From Planctomycetota bacterium (GTDB lineage Bacteria; Planctomycetota; MHYJ01; JACPRB01), in the NCBI GenBank assembly GCA_016190175.1, contig JACPRC010000068.1, forward strand, positions 9,844 to 73,843: a stretch of 64,000 bases of DNA, in the 5' to 3' direction. Under the pieces are notes generated by a model. It saw only the letters and a program-made list of their open reading frames with translations. It was not told the DNA's origin and made no database searches. This document shows positions 52,145 through 61,254 of the stretch, one piece after another (position 1 is the stretch's first letter; each line of letters opens with the position of its first letter). Made by a program: the position numbers and the translations under genes.

Positions 52145-53872
52145 ATGCACCACACCCGCCGCTTCCGCCCTCGCGCCCGAGGCGGCCCCGCCATCGGGCC
52201 CTGGCTGATCGTCGGTGCCCTGGGCCTCGCCGCCGTGCTCGCGGCGTCGCACTTCTCGAAGCGCGGCGCCCCTCCGGAGAAGAAGCCGCCTCCGAGAACG
52301 GAGGACGGGGCGTCCCGCCGCTACGGCCTCCCGCCCCGCCTCGACGAGGCGCACTTCGACGTGGACCAGGCGATCATGCGGACGAACGCGTGCATCCTCG
52401 TGCGCGAGATCGCGCGGCTGCACGCCGACCCGGCCGGCCGCGTCGCGGCCGAGGACCGCGCGCGGGAGTACGAGTCGCGTCTCGCGGGCTTCAGCGGGAA
52501 ACCGATCAACTACCTCCGCGTCTCCGACCGCGTGCTCCAGGTCGACCAGATCGTCCTCGACGCGGGGGACGCGGCCGACCGGCTCGTCGAGTTCTACCGC
52601 TCGATCTACGCGGGGCAGCTCCTCGTCGTCGCCGTCGAGCGGGGAGGGCGGCGCGAGGACGTGACGGTCTACTTCCGGGAGGCGCCGCGCGCGTACTACG
52701 GGGTGGAGACGCCGCCGGCGCGGACGACGCCCGCGGAGCAGGCGCCCGCGCTCCCCGTGGCGGAGCGCCGGCGGTTCGAGGCCCTCCCCGAGTACTACCG
52801 GGAAGGCGTCCTCAGCCACGACGAGCGCGACCGGATCGCCCGCATCATCGAAAAGGGCGGCTCGCGCGAGGAGCTCGACTGGCTCTGCGCGCGGCTCGAC
52901 GATCTGGAGTCGCTGGCGGGGCGCGAGCGCGCGGAGTTCGGCGAGATCGAGAGCGAGGCCCGCCGGGCGATCGGCTCGGCCCCCGAATTCGACGCCAGGC
53001 TCCGCGACGCGGAGGGGCGTCCCGACATGCTCTACGAGCTCGCGGTCTGGTGCCGCGACCGGAAGCTCGGGCCGCACGAGAGGCTCGCGGCCGTCCGCGT
53101 GCTGCGGATCGACCCCGGCTTCGCGCCCGCCCGGATCGTGGCGGGATACGTCCGCGACGGGCGGACCGGCTGGCGGCGGACCGCGGAGACGGCGCGCGTC
53201 GAGACGCCGAAGAAGGAGCCCGAGCCCGCCGAGAAACCCGTCGAGTTCGAGGGGAAGAAGTACACGCGCGCCCAGCTCCGGTCGCACCTGATCGAGAGGG
53301 GCTACGTCGAGATCGGCGGAAAATGGCACCGGAAGGAGCCGTGGGAATACGTGCTGGACACCGTCCACAGCCTGGGCCGTTTCCCATGGTCCGGCGGGGG
53401 AGTGACGCTCCAGGAGGCGCGCGAGGAGGGGAGGGGAGCGACCGGACGCACGGAGTTCGAGGCCCCGACGACCCAGACGCGGAAAGCGACGTGGCGCTTC
53501 TTCGCCCCGGCCGGGACCGAAGGCTCGATGCGGATCGCGGTCGAGACGCCGGGGCGCGTGATCGAATGCCGCCTCTCGGCGCGAGCGTACGTGCCGCTGG
53601 GGAAGGGGAGCATCGAGGTGCTCGCCGGGGAGGAGAAACCCGCGCGGGTCTTCCTCATCGAGAACGGGAGCGACAGCGAGTTCCGGGACATCTCGCCGCA
53701 CGTGCGCGGGGCGAAGCGCGTGGTCCTGCTCGTGAAGATGAAGATGGCGCCGGACCGCGAGATGCAGCACGCGCGCTTCCTGCCGAGCAGCCCCGGCGAC
53801 AAGCGGGTCTTCGTGCTGACGGGGACGGTGGGGGTGGCGGAGCCGAAGCTGGATCGGCTCTTCGAGAGATAG
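52145..53872 (+). CDS. hypothetical membrane-anchored protein (575 aa)
   Basis: A basic N-terminus followed by a TM segment (WLIVGALGLAAVLAA). Coding-type codon bias. No recognised domain. Confidence 0.6.
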   Translation: MHHTRRFRPRARGGPAIGPWLIVGALGLAAVLAASHFSKRGAPPEKKPPPRTEDGASRRYGLPPRLDEAHFDVDQAIMRTNACILVREIARLHADPAGRVAAEDRAREYESRLAGFSGKPINYLRVSDRVLQVDQIVLDAGDAADRLVEFYRSIYAGQLLVVAVERGGRREDVTVYFREAPRAYYGVETPPARTTPAEQAPALPVAERRRFEALPEYYREGVLSHDERDRIARIIEKGGSREELDWLCARLDDLESLAGRERAEFGEIESEARRAIGSAPEFDARLRDAEGRPDMLYELAVWCRDRKLGPHERLAAVRVLRIDPGFAPARIVAGYVRDGRTGWRRTAETARVETPKKEPEPAEKPVEFEGKKYTRAQLRSHLIERGYVEIGGKWHRKEPWEYVLDTVHSLGRFPWSGGGVTLQEAREEGRGATGRTEFEAPTTQTRKATWRFFAPAGTEGSMRIAVETPGRVIECRLSARAYVPLGKGSIEVLAGEEKPARVFLIENGSDSEFRDISPHVRGAKRVVLLVKMKMAPDREMQHARFLPSSPGDKRVFVLTGTVGVAEPKLDRLFER

Positions 53873-53902
53873 AGAGACTCGGGGACGGGGAGATCATCTC
53901 CT

Positions 53903-54006
53903 CATCTCCCTATCTCCCTATCTCCCTATCTCCCTATCTCCCTATCTCCCTATCTCCCTATCTCCCTATCTCCCTATCTCCCTATCTCCCTATCTCCCTA
54001 TCTCCC
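53903..54006. repeat. octanucleotide microsatellite (TATCTCCC) with 12 perfect copies plus degenerate flanks
   Basis: Perfect 8-nt periodicity from 53911 to 54006, in the convergent spacer between the genes ending at 53872 and 54014. Confidence 0.95.
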
Positions 54007-54013
54007 CATCCTC

Positions 54014-54715
54014 CTACGGCTGCCTCCTCCACCACGCCTCCCATTCGCGCGCGAGGACGAACGCTTCGCCCGTGATCTTCCTCAATGCCGCGAGCAGCGG
54101 CTGGTGGAGGATCTCCTTGCGCCGCGCCTGCTCCTTTTGCTGGTCCTCGTCCGCGCCCCCGGGCACGCCCTCCAGCGGGACCTTGTCGGGGCTCATGCTC
54201 TCGGGGTTCCGCTCCGCCTTCTTGAGCGCGCGGATGAGGATCGGGACCGACTCGCGCCTCTTGATCCTCGCGCAGCCCGCGACCGCCTCGCGCGCCAGCT
54301 CGAACTCCCGGTCGTCGACCAGCGCGTGGAGTGCCTCGAGCGACGCGGGGTCCGCCAGTTCGGCCACGGAGCGGAGAATCGCGATCCGCACGGTCCGGCG
54401 TCTCTTGTTGGACTCGTGCCGGAGCGCCGCGATCAGCGCCGCCGCCGTATCGGGGACCGTGCGGAAGGCGCCCAGCGCCTGCGCCGCCGTGATGCGGATC
54501 GCGTCGGATTCCGTCGTCGTCAGGGAGACCAGCACGTCGCGCGTCCGGGCGTGGCGCACCTTCCCGAGATCCGTGACCGCGCCGATCCGCGCGGCCTCGT
54601 CCGCCTTCTCGGCCGTGTAGGCGGCGCGGAACTTCCGGACGGCCTCCTCCGCCTTGCGGAGGGCGTCCTTTTCGTCCGCCTGCAGGAGCGCGACGAGCGC
54701 GAGACACGCAGCCAT
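54014..54715 (-). CDS. HEAT-repeat protein (exported)
   Basis: MAACLALVALLQA signal followed by repeated ...R..A..ALG... HEAT-like units. A TTG alternative start lies at 54721. Confidence 0.65.
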   Translation of the reverse strand: MAACLALVALLQADEKDALRKAEEAVRKFRAAYTAEKADEAARIGAVTDLGKVRHARTRDVLVSLTTTESDAIRITAAQALGAFRTVPDTAAALIAALRHESNKRRRTVRIAILRSVAELADPASLEALHALVDDREFELAREAVAGCARIKRRESVPILIRALKKAERNPESMSPDKVPLEGVPGGADEDQQKEQARRKEILHQPLLAALRKITGEAFVLAREWEAWWRRQP

Positions 54716-54824
54716 CAGCAATCAGCCATCAGCAATCAGCCATCAGCAATCAGCCATCAGCAATCAGCCATCAGCAATCAGCCTTCAGCAATCAGCCTTC
54801 AGCAATCAGCCTTCAGCTTTCAAC
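54714..54824. repeat. 14-nt tandem repeat (ATCAGCAATCAGCC x5, TTCAGCAATCAGCC x2, plus a partial copy)
   Basis: Read directly. It begins at the start codon of the HEAT gene and forms its 5' leader. Confidence 0.95.
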
Positions 54825-54938
54825 ACTCTCCGGCTGAGCGCCGAGGGGGTGAGAGCTGAAGGCTCGCTTGCGCCGCAACTTCTCCCGATACTACTACGTT
54901 ACATAGGGTGGAGCGGAGGCGCAAATCAGTGAGTGATT

Positions 54939-55016
54939 GGTGGTTCGTGGTTGGTGGTTGGTGAAGAGAGTAGACGCCGACTCTTCACTAACCACCAACC
55001 ACTGACGACGAACCAC
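54939..55016. repeat. long imperfect hairpin made of GGTGGTT / AACCACC simple repeats
   Basis: ggtggttcgtggttggtggttggtgaagag ... ctcttcactaaccaccaaccactgacgacgaaccac, ending about 10 nt before the GGGAGG RBS of the gene at 55036. Confidence 0.85.
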
Positions 55017-55035
55017 TCCTCTTTGGGAGGCGGCC

Positions 55036-55932
55036 ATGAAGCGGCTCGCGATCGCGTTCCTTCTCCTGCTGCCCGCGCCGGCACGGACGCAGGAATCCTC
55101 CGACGAAGCGAAGCTGAAGGAGGAGATCCGCACGCTGGAGCAGCGGGTCCTCGCGTGGGGCGCGATGCGGCGCGTCGGCGTCACGGACGCCCAGGCGCGG
55201 CCGCTCCTCGACCTGGTGAAGAAGGCCGCCATCGCCAAGGCCGACTACGATGCCGCCATGGCGAAGCTGCGCGACGAACAGCTCCGCGCCTTCCGCGCCT
55301 TCCGGCAGGAGGACTTCGCGAACATCGGCTTCACCCCCAAGGTCGAGCAGGCCGCCGGCCGCGCCGACCACGAGGAGAAGGTCCTCTTCAAGAAACTCGC
55401 CGACCGGATCGAGGCCATGGCCAAGGAGTCGCCGCTGACGGAGGACCAGGCGGAGTTGCTCGCCCTCTTCCGGCCGGAGAACCCGGGGTCGATCTTCGCG
55501 AAGCGCGATCCGGGACCGCTGCCCGACGCCCTCGCGAACTTCGTGCGCAAGCTCCGCCGCCTCACCGATGCCGAGTTCGAGCGGCAGAAGGACGCGCTGC
55601 GAGAGGAGTTCCTGCGCGCGATCGACGCGCGCGCCGCCGACGCGAAGGACATGGTGAAGGTCCTCCAGGAAGCCGACGAGGCGATGAAGCAGATCAGGGC
55701 GCTGCCGGAAGACCGCGTCCTCGCCGACGTGCCGAAGATCGTGCGGAAGGCGCGTCCGAAGGCGAAGGCCGAGAACCTGCGCGACGAGCTGGGCGACATC
55801 CACAAGCAGAAGTACGGCCAGATCGGACCCGTCGGGCGGTTCCTCCTCCTCCCGGCGCTCGGGGAGGCGCTCGCGAAGCGGCTGGGCGTCAAGGCCGACC
55901 TGCCTCCGACCGCCAGCGGCGCGCCGACCTGA
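55036..55932 (+). CDS. secreted helical hypothetical protein
   Basis: Signal MKRLAIAFLLLLPAPARTQE; charged helical sequence. Confidence 0.65.
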   Translation: MKRLAIAFLLLLPAPARTQESSDEAKLKEEIRTLEQRVLAWGAMRRVGVTDAQARPLLDLVKKAAIAKADYDAAMAKLRDEQLRAFRAFRQEDFANIGFTPKVEQAAGRADHEEKVLFKKLADRIEAMAKESPLTEDQAELLALFRPENPGSIFAKRDPGPLPDALANFVRKLRRLTDAEFERQKDALREEFLRAIDARAADAKDMVKVLQEADEAMKQIRALPEDRVLADVPKIVRKARPKAKAENLRDELGDIHKQKYGQIGPVGRFLLLPALGEALAKRLGVKADLPPTASGAPT

Positions 55933-55956
55933 AACGACTCCGAGGAGGTCCGCGCG

Positions 55957-56865
55957 TTGCGCGACGACATCAACCTGCTCAACCTCACGAACGGGATGAA
56001 CTACTCCGTCCACCAGCTCGCCCATCTGGCCCTCTACGCGAAGAAGGCGGAGGAGACGCGCAAGCAGGGCGACGAAGAGCGCGTCTACGACGTCGAGACG
56101 GCGCTGAAGTACCGCAGCGCCCTGGCGGAGGTCCTCGCGGTCCTCGAGAGGGGAGGGGACCCCAAGGTGGAGGCGGTGCGGGCCGCGCTGCGGCTGCGCG
56201 CCCAGCTCGCGCAGGGCAAACGCAAGCCCGGCGCGAAGGGGAGGAAGGACCCGGGCGCCGAACTCGCCGCGCTCGCCGCATCGACGAAGGAGATCCTCTT
56301 CCCGAACCAGCGGCAGGTGCTCGTCGACTACTCCCCGTGCCTCATCCCCCCGAAGGACCTCAAGGACCCGGTCCGCGTGGGACAGGCCCACGACAGCGGC
56401 CCGGCCATCCGCATCCTGACGACGCTGCGCTCGATCCCGGACAAGCGCTGGCAGGAGAAGAAGGACGATATCGCCGACCGCACGCTCGCGCGCATGGAGG
56501 AGGCCGAGGGCAAGTTCCCCGAGGGCGAGCGCGAGGCGAAGAAGCGCGCGCTGCTCGACATCGTCGAACGGGCCCGCGCAATGAGCGACGTGGACTTCGA
56601 GCTCCAGAAGGAGGATCTGGCGAAGGAGTTCGAGCAGTTCGCCCGCAAGGAGATCCTCAAGAAGGAACTGGAGGAGACGATCGGCTCGGACGCGGTCCTC
56701 GAGGGGAAGGTCCGCGCCATCGTCCTGCACTCGCGGGCCGCCGGAATCTACGAAGCCCGGTTGAAGCAGCTCAAGGAGTCGACGGCGGGGAAGCCCGTCG
56801 ACCTCGACAAGATCAGCCCGGCCGACCACTGCAAGAACGGAGGCTGCGCGATCAAGGAGAGGTAA
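55957..56865 (+). CDS. hypothetical protein (302 aa)
   Basis: TTG start 9 nt after a GAGGAGG RBS. Charged helical sequence with a C-terminal CKNGGC. Confidence 0.6.
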   Translation: MRDDINLLNLTNGMNYSVHQLAHLALYAKKAEETRKQGDEERVYDVETALKYRSALAEVLAVLERGGDPKVEAVRAALRLRAQLAQGKRKPGAKGRKDPGAELAALAASTKEILFPNQRQVLVDYSPCLIPPKDLKDPVRVGQAHDSGPAIRILTTLRSIPDKRWQEKKDDIADRTLARMEEAEGKFPEGEREAKKRALLDIVERARAMSDVDFELQKEDLAKEFEQFARKEILKKELEETIGSDAVLEGKVRAIVLHSRAAGIYEARLKQLKESTAGKPVDLDKISPADHCKNGGCAIKER

Positions 56866-56965
56866 CGCCGCCCGGCCCTTGACGGCCGCTTGCGGGAGGG
56901 CTAGGATACCCCTCTCGGTTCGATCCGCCGGAGCGGCGTTTCCAGTCCGTCCCCCAAGGAGCCCG

Positions 56966-57940
56966 ATGGCCGACCAGCCCACGCCGGGACAACCGTCCGC
57001 GCCCAAGCCGGAACGGGAAACCCGGATGATCGACGTCCGGGGGATGATCAAACAGGCGTCCACCCGGGTCCACGTCGACCAGCTCGTCAAGAAGGGGACG
57101 AAGTACCTCTCGCTCCTCTCGAAGGAGAAGATCGACGAGCTGATCAACCAGGCGGTCAAGAACATCGTCGACAAGTACCGCGCCGTCGCCGCCGGGGTCG
57201 CCGACATCCCCTCCGAGACCCTCCAGGGCGAGGCGAAGCAGGAATTCAACGAGCTGCTCTCCCAGTACCAGGCCACGAACAAGGCCAAGAACGAGCTGGA
57301 GCTGACCCGCACGAACCTGGACCAGGAGCTCGGCGAGCTGCGCAAGGAGCTGGCCCAGCAGAAGGAGGTCGCCTCCGGGAAGGCGATGGAGCAGGCGGAG
57401 CACGCCCTCGTCGTCGGCTTCAAGGAGTTCGAGCGCGAGCTGGACAAGATCGTCCTGCGCGTCTTCGAGAAGCGCAAGCTCATCCTGGAGCAGGGGGAGG
57501 ATCCCCAGGCGATCGCCGAGCTGGATCAGATCAAGGAGAAGCTCCGCGCGATGATCCAGGAGCTCGTCAAACTCGAGCGCTACAGGTTCACTCTTACGGG
57601 GAGCGACTCGCGGGACATGCAGATCGCGATGCTCGAGAAGCGGATCGAGAAGCTCTACGAGCAGATCCAGGCGATGGAGACGGCGCTCAAGACGATCTCG
57701 AACTCGAAGCTCTACTCGAACCAGCAGCTCCAGAACCTCCTGCGGCAGCTCGGCCTGTGGACCGAGGACAGGTACTACGAGAAGAAACGCGAGCTGGTGA
57801 AGATCGTGCTCCAGCAGAACCTCGATCTCCGGAAGAAATTCAAGGAGCTGGAGGGCCCGCCGGCCGCGGCCCAGAACCCGCCCCCCGCCGAATCTCCCCC
57901 CGCCGCTCAGCAACCAGTGGACAAGCCCGCGACCGTTTGA
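56966..57940 (+). CDS. coiled-coil protein
   Basis: AAGGAG RBS. Long heptad-like stretches (ELELTRTNLDQELGELRKELAQQKE..., MLEKRIEKLYEQIQAMETALK) and a Pro-rich tail. Confidence 0.7.
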   Translation: MADQPTPGQPSAPKPERETRMIDVRGMIKQASTRVHVDQLVKKGTKYLSLLSKEKIDELINQAVKNIVDKYRAVAAGVADIPSETLQGEAKQEFNELLSQYQATNKAKNELELTRTNLDQELGELRKELAQQKEVASGKAMEQAEHALVVGFKEFERELDKIVLRVFEKRKLILEQGEDPQAIAELDQIKEKLRAMIQELVKLERYRFTLTGSDSRDMQIAMLEKRIEKLYEQIQAMETALKTISNSKLYSNQQLQNLLRQLGLWTEDRYYEKKRELVKIVLQQNLDLRKKFKELEGPPAAAQNPPPAESPPAAQQPVDKPATV

Positions 57941-57978
57941 TAGCTTTGCACGACATCTAACGAACGGAGGATCTCCCT

Positions 57979-59079
57979 ATGGCGCCCGAACTCGCGGAGA
58001 AGGGCGGGGCATCCAGCCCCGGCGCGAAGGCCGGCAAGGAAGGCGTCCTGCTCATCGGCATGGACCTCGGCTGCTACAAGACGTCCGTCGCCGCGACGAA
58101 CGGGTCGCGCGAGCACGTCCACAGCATCGTCGGGTGGCCGAAGGACCCGATCTCCCGCAAGATGATCGGCAAGGACATCGTCTTCGGCAACGAGGCCTTC
58201 CACCACCGGCTCGCGCTCGAAACCGTCCGTCCGTTCGAGAAGGGCGCCCTGAAGTACACCGACTCCGCGGACGTGGGCATTCCCAAGGAGAAACTCGGCC
58301 GCTACAAGGAAGCGGCGAGGGAACTGGTGAGGCACGCGGTGGCGATGTGCCGGCCGCCGAAGGGGACCCTGGTCCACGGCGTCATCGGCGCGCCCGCGAA
58401 GGCCTCGATCGTCAACAAGCAGCAGCTCATCGAGGCGTGCAAGGGGATCTTCGACTCCGTCATGATCGTCTCCGAACCGTTCGCCGTCGCGTACGGCATG
58501 AACACGCTCGAGGACGCGCTCGTCGTGGACATCGGCGCGGGCACGACCGACCTGTGCCGGATGCACGGCACGATGCCCGACGAGGAGGACCAGATCACGA
58601 ACACGTTCGCGGGCGACTACGTGGACGAGTACGCGAGCAATCTCATCCGCAAGGCACACCCGACCGCGCAGTTTACGGTGAACATGGTGCGCGAGGCGAA
58701 GGAGCGGTTCAGCTTCGTCCACGAGGTCAATGACAAGGCCCTCCTCACTTGGCCCGACAAGGACGGCCACCCGACCGAGTTCGACCTCACGAACCAGCTC
58801 AAGGAGGCGTGCCGCCAGATCGTGCCGCCGATCGTGCAGGGACTGCGCAAGCTCGTCAGCACGTTCGACGCCGAGTTCCAGAAGAGGATGCTCGGCAACA
58901 TCATCCTCGCCGGCGGCGGCAGCCAGCTCCGCGGACTCGACCGCCTCATCGAGGAGGACCTCAAGCAGTACGGCGGCGGTCGCTGCACGCGGGTGCCGGA
59001 ACCCGTCTACGCGGGCGCCAACGGCGCGCTCAAGCTCGCCACCGACATGCCCGAGGAGTACTGGACGGAAGTGAAGTAG
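57979..59079 (+). CDS. MamK-like actin-family ATPase
   Basis: GMDLGCYKTSVA (phosphate 1), VSEPFAVAYG, VVDIGAGTTDLC (phosphate 2), AGDYVDEYASNLIRKAHP, AKERFSFV and ILAGGGSQLRGL. Closely parallels the MamK sequence as I remember it (IVDIGAGTTDIC...AGNYVDERL...KEQFSFVG). Confidence 0.8.
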   Translation: MAPELAEKGGASSPGAKAGKEGVLLIGMDLGCYKTSVAATNGSREHVHSIVGWPKDPISRKMIGKDIVFGNEAFHHRLALETVRPFEKGALKYTDSADVGIPKEKLGRYKEAARELVRHAVAMCRPPKGTLVHGVIGAPAKASIVNKQQLIEACKGIFDSVMIVSEPFAVAYGMNTLEDALVVDIGAGTTDLCRMHGTMPDEEDQITNTFAGDYVDEYASNLIRKAHPTAQFTVNMVREAKERFSFVHEVNDKALLTWPDKDGHPTEFDLTNQLKEACRQIVPPIVQGLRKLVSTFDAEFQKRMLGNIILAGGGSQLRGLDRLIEEDLKQYGGGRCTRVPEPVYAGANGALKLATDMPEEYWTEVK

Positions 59080-59093
59080 CCTGGCCTTCGAAG

Positions 59094-59125
59094 AGCCCCC
59101 GGAGCCGCATCCGGGGGCTTTTTTT
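59094..59125 (+). terminator. rho-independent terminator after the MamK-like gene
   Basis: AGCCCCCGGA-gccgca-TCCGGGGGCT followed by TTTTTT. Confidence 0.85.
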
Positions 59126-59215
59126 CCGGAGGCCGCGAATCGGAGGTCGGATCGCGTAGGACGGAAGCACCCATCTCCTTTGCATCGTGGGTTCCCCCGT
59201 TTGGAGACTGCCGGC

Positions 59216-61246
59216 ATGTTGAAAATCCTCATCGGGTGGATCGCCCTCGCGTCCGCCCCTCAAGAGTCGGCGCAGGACGCCCTTCGGCGCGACCTCGACT
59301 TCGCGCGCTCGAAGGTCTATCCCGCCCTCGTCAACATCCTCGTCGTCGACCGGAGCTACTCCGACGGCCGGGCGCAGCGCCGGCCCGGCGGCGGGAGCGG
59401 GACGATCGTGAGCCCCGCGGGCCACGTGATCACGAACTTCCACGTCGCCGGCCACGCCTCCCGGATCATCTGCACCCTGCCGAGCGGGGAGACGATCGAG
59501 GCCTCCCCGGTGGCGCACGATCCGCTCACCGATATCAGCGTGCTCAAGCTCAGGCTCGACCGCCGCGACGACCCGGGCAAACCGATCCCCTTCGCGACGC
59601 TCGGGGATTCCGACAGGCTCCGGGTGGGGGACTACGTCCTCGCCATGGGAAACCCCTTCCTTCTCTCCTCGTCGATGACCCTCGGGATCGTCTCCAACCC
59701 GAACCGCGTCTTCACGGACTTCACGGGAAGTTCGCTGGAGGACCTCGAGTTCGGCGACATGGGCCGCACGGGCCTCTTCACCCGATGGATCCAGCACGAC
59801 GCCCTGATCCTTCCGGGCAACTCGGGCGGGCCGCTCGTCAATTTGAGGGGCGAGATCGTCGGGGTGAACGCGCTCGGAGGCGCCGGCCTCGGATTCGCCA
59901 TTCCGGCCAACATCGTCGCGCACGTCCTCAGCCACGCGCTGACGCATGGCGAGGTGAGGCGCGGGTGGATCGGGGTCGAGGTGCAGCCCGTCGGCAAGCT
60001 GGGCCGCAAGTCCGGCGCGCTGGTGTCGTGGGTCGTGCCCGGCTCGCCCGCGGACCACGCCGGCCTGCGGGCGGGAGACGTGGTCCTCAGGATCGCGGTT
60101 CACCCGGTCCATGTCCGCCATTTCGAGGAGGTGCCCGGCCTGTACCAGCGCATCGCGGAGCTGCAGGACGGGACGGAAGTCGAGGTCGCCTTCGATCGCG
60201 ACGGCGAAACCCGGAGCGCGAAGCTGAAGGTCGCCCGCATGGAGGCGTATCTCGGCGAAGAACGCGAGTTCCGCGCGTGGGGCCTCACGGCGCGGCGGAT
60301 CACGAGTCTCTACGCGCAGCGCCGGCGCATGGCCGAGGTCCGCGGCGCCCTCCTGACCGGCGTGCGGCCGGGCTATCCGTTCGAAACCGCTCAACCCCGC
60401 CTCAAGGAGGACGACGTCCTCCTCCGGATCGCCGGACAGGAAGTGAGCGATCCCGCGGCGATGGAGGGGCTCCTCGCGGAGGCCGGCAAGGCAAAGGAGT
60501 TCGTGGTCGAGTTCCGGCGAGGCCGCGAAGTCCTGCTCGCCGTGGTGGAAAGCCGCGGGAAGGAGCCGGAGCGGGGAGGGCGCGAGCTCTCGAGGGGATG
60601 GATCGGAATCCAGACCCAGGTCCTGACGCCGGCGATCGCCAGGTCGCTCGGAGCGCCCGATCAGAAGGGCTTTCGCATCACGCGCGTGTACCCCGGCACC
60701 GAAGCGGCGAAGGCCGGACTCGAGGTCGGAGACGTCGTCGCCGCCCTCAACGGGCGCGCTCTCAAGGCCGCCCGGCCGCAGGATTCCGAGGATCTGCGGC
60801 GCGCGATCGAGGACCTCGCCGTCGGGGAGCGGGCGGACTTGGCCGTCCTTCGACGGGGGAGCGTCCTGAAGATCCGCGTCCTTCTCGAGGAATCGCCCGC
60901 CTCCGGGGCCGACGTGAAGACGTGCCGTCAGAAGGAACTGGAGTTTGCCGTCCGCGAATTGACGCTCATGGATCTCGTCGACCGGGATCTCGATAGAGAC
61001 GAAAAGGGGGTCGTCGTGGCCGAGGTGGGCTCGGGCGGCTGGGCCGCGATGGCGGGGCTGCACTTCAACGATCTGGTCATGTCGATCAACGGCCGCGGCG
61101 TCGCCGACGTGGCGGCGTTCGAATCGGTCGTCGCCGCGCTGGTCAAGGAACGGCCCAAGACGATCCGACTTTTCGTGCGCCGGGGCCACCGGACGCACTT
61201 CGTGTTCATCGAGCCCGACTGGGCCGAACTGGATTCTTCCAAGTAG
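59216..61246 (+). CDS. HtrA/DegP-family serine protease with multiple PDZ domains
   Basis: Triad context is intact: VITNFHVAGH, DISVLKL, GNSGGPLVN. It is followed by about four PDZ-like segments (GALVSWVVPGSPADHAGLRAGDVVL, GFRITRVYPGTEAAKAGLEVGDVV, GVVVAEVGSGGWAAMAGLHFNDLV). Confidence 0.88.
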   Translation: MLKILIGWIALASAPQESAQDALRRDLDFARSKVYPALVNILVVDRSYSDGRAQRRPGGGSGTIVSPAGHVITNFHVAGHASRIICTLPSGETIEASPVAHDPLTDISVLKLRLDRRDDPGKPIPFATLGDSDRLRVGDYVLAMGNPFLLSSSMTLGIVSNPNRVFTDFTGSSLEDLEFGDMGRTGLFTRWIQHDALILPGNSGGPLVNLRGEIVGVNALGGAGLGFAIPANIVAHVLSHALTHGEVRRGWIGVEVQPVGKLGRKSGALVSWVVPGSPADHAGLRAGDVVLRIAVHPVHVRHFEEVPGLYQRIAELQDGTEVEVAFDRDGETRSAKLKVARMEAYLGEEREFRAWGLTARRITSLYAQRRRMAEVRGALLTGVRPGYPFETAQPRLKEDDVLLRIAGQEVSDPAAMEGLLAEAGKAKEFVVEFRRGREVLLAVVESRGKEPERGGRELSRGWIGIQTQVLTPAIARSLGAPDQKGFRITRVYPGTEAAKAGLEVGDVVAALNGRALKAARPQDSEDLRRAIEDLAVGERADLAVLRRGSVLKIRVLLEESPASGADVKTCRQKELEFAVRELTLMDLVDRDLDRDEKGVVVAEVGSGGWAAMAGLHFNDLVMSINGRGVADVAAFESVVAALVKERPKTIRLFVRRGHRTHFVFIEPDWAELDSSK

Positions 61247-61254
61247 GAGAAGCC

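Noticed and set aside
53903-54006. Possible CRISPR array (also considered for 54714-54824 and 27014-27077).
   Set aside because: The units are 8 or 14 nt and directly abutting, with no spacers. No cas genes are nearby. These are micro- or minisatellites, not CRISPR arrays.
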